From: an uncultured Pirellulales bacterium
GTDB lineage: Bacteria > Planctomycetota > Phycisphaerae > Sedimentisphaerales > Anaerohalosphaeraceae
Reading direction: 5' to 3'
DNA length: 64,000 bases
Assembly: GCA_964628195.1 (NCBI GenBank)
Contig: CAZVPF010000002.1
Coordinates: 100,078-164,077 of the forward strand
This document shows, in pieces, positions 63,664 through 64,000 of the stretch (positions within the stretch are counted from its first letter, which is position 1; each line of letters starts with the position of its first letter). The notes beneath the pieces are model-generated. The model did no database searches, was not told the origin of the DNA, and was given only the letters and a program-made list of their open reading frames with translations. Made by a program: the position numbers and the translations under genes.

Positions 63664-64000
63664 ATGCGGGAAGATGTTACCATCCTTGTTGCCGAAGACG
63701 ACGAAGGACACTTTTCCCTTATCAGGAAAAATATTCAGCGGGCCGGCATTACCAACCCTGTCCTCCATTTCAAGGACGGCCAGGAGTTGCTGGACTTTCT
63801 CTTCCACGGCCCGGGCGTCGACGAACATATCCAGTTCGGCGTTGCCTACCTTTTGCTGCTCGACATACGCATGCCAAAGGTTGACGGCATCGAAGTGCTC
63901 TCACGCATTAAGCAGGATCCGGTCTTATGTAAAATTCCTGTTACGATAATAACAACAACAGACGACCCTAAAGAGATAGAAAAGTGTCATCTTCTCGGCT
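63664..64000 (+). CDS. CheY-like response regulator receiver domain (partial, runs off the window)
   Basis: Hand-translated from ATG 63664 (GAGGTGAGA upstream): MREDVTILVAEDDEGHFSLIRKNIQRAG...YLLLLDIRMPKVDGIEVLSRIKQD...IPVTIITTTDD. The acidic pocket DD, the phospho-acceptor D in LLLDIRMP and the conserved T are all present. It is missing from the ORF track because no stop lies within the window. Confidence 0.85.
   Translation, partial: MREDVTILVAEDDEGHFSLIRKNIQRAGITNPVLHFKDGQELLDFLFHGPGVDEHIQFGVAYLLLLDIRMPKVDGIEVLSRIKQDPVLCKIPVTIITTTDDPKEIEKCHLLG

Noticed and set aside
1-64000. CRISPR arrays, tandem repeats, IS elements or toxin-antitoxin and defence islands
   Set aside because: I noticed no regularly spaced direct repeats, transposase-like ORFs, terminal inverted repeats or typical defence genes (nucleases, helicase/methylase pairs, reverse transcriptases) in any frame. 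This rests on visual inspection only, not an exhaustive repeat search.

Overview
Bacterial chromosomal window with about 57 protein-coding genes and one tRNA. I recognised no rRNA, CRISPR array, transposase, integrase or phage genes. All family calls come from reading motifs in the supplied translations by eye. No database search was run.

The window has three blocks:

1. 1-14.2 kb, GC-richer. It holds a DUF302 protein, a peroxiredoxin, and an MMPL/RND-type exporter with DUF2892, LolA-like and outer-membrane barrel partners. It also holds a membrane-anchored thioredoxin, a lipoyl-less E2-type acyltransferase domain, a secreted PA14-containing protein, a parA-like gene, nusB, ribH and a TPR protein.

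2. About 14.3-51.8 kb, visibly AT-richer. 29 consecutive plus-strand genes (15216-50227) are packed into what looks like one surface-glycan assembly super-operon.
- Glycosyltransferases: 6 GT2 domains, 2 GT4, 2 GT-C-like membrane proteins, a WbaP-like initiating phosphoglycosyltransferase and a Wzy-like polymerase, plus an MsbA/PglK-like ABC exporter.
- Sugar-acid genes: two NeuB-family synthases. One sits in a 1045-aa fusion of synthase, cytidylyltransferase, GT2 and a second cytidylyltransferase-like domain.
- Tailoring genes: three radical SAM enzymes (one B12-binding, two SPASM-like), five class I methyltransferases, three sulfotransferase domains and an AsnB-like amidotransferase.
- Acyl cassette: FkbH-like loader, ACP, MaoC-SDR fusion, methyltransferase and hexapeptide acyltransferase.

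3. 51.9-64 kb, GC-richer. It holds tadA, tRNA-Lys(CTT), and a MarR-headed cluster. That cluster has two tandem non-pyrrolysine MttB-family methyltransferases, an orphan SAM methyltransferase and an OpuC-type quaternary-amine ABC importer whose binding protein appears circularly permuted. asnB, pilT and a partial response regulator follow.

The best candidates for undescribed biology are:
- the NeuB-centred 'make-activate-attach' fusion, flanked by radical SAM/SPASM enzymes, with none of the canonical upstream nonulosonic-acid enzymes nearby;
- the ACP-dependent FkbH acyl cassette inside the glycan locus;
- the MttB pair, which has no corrinoid protein nearby.
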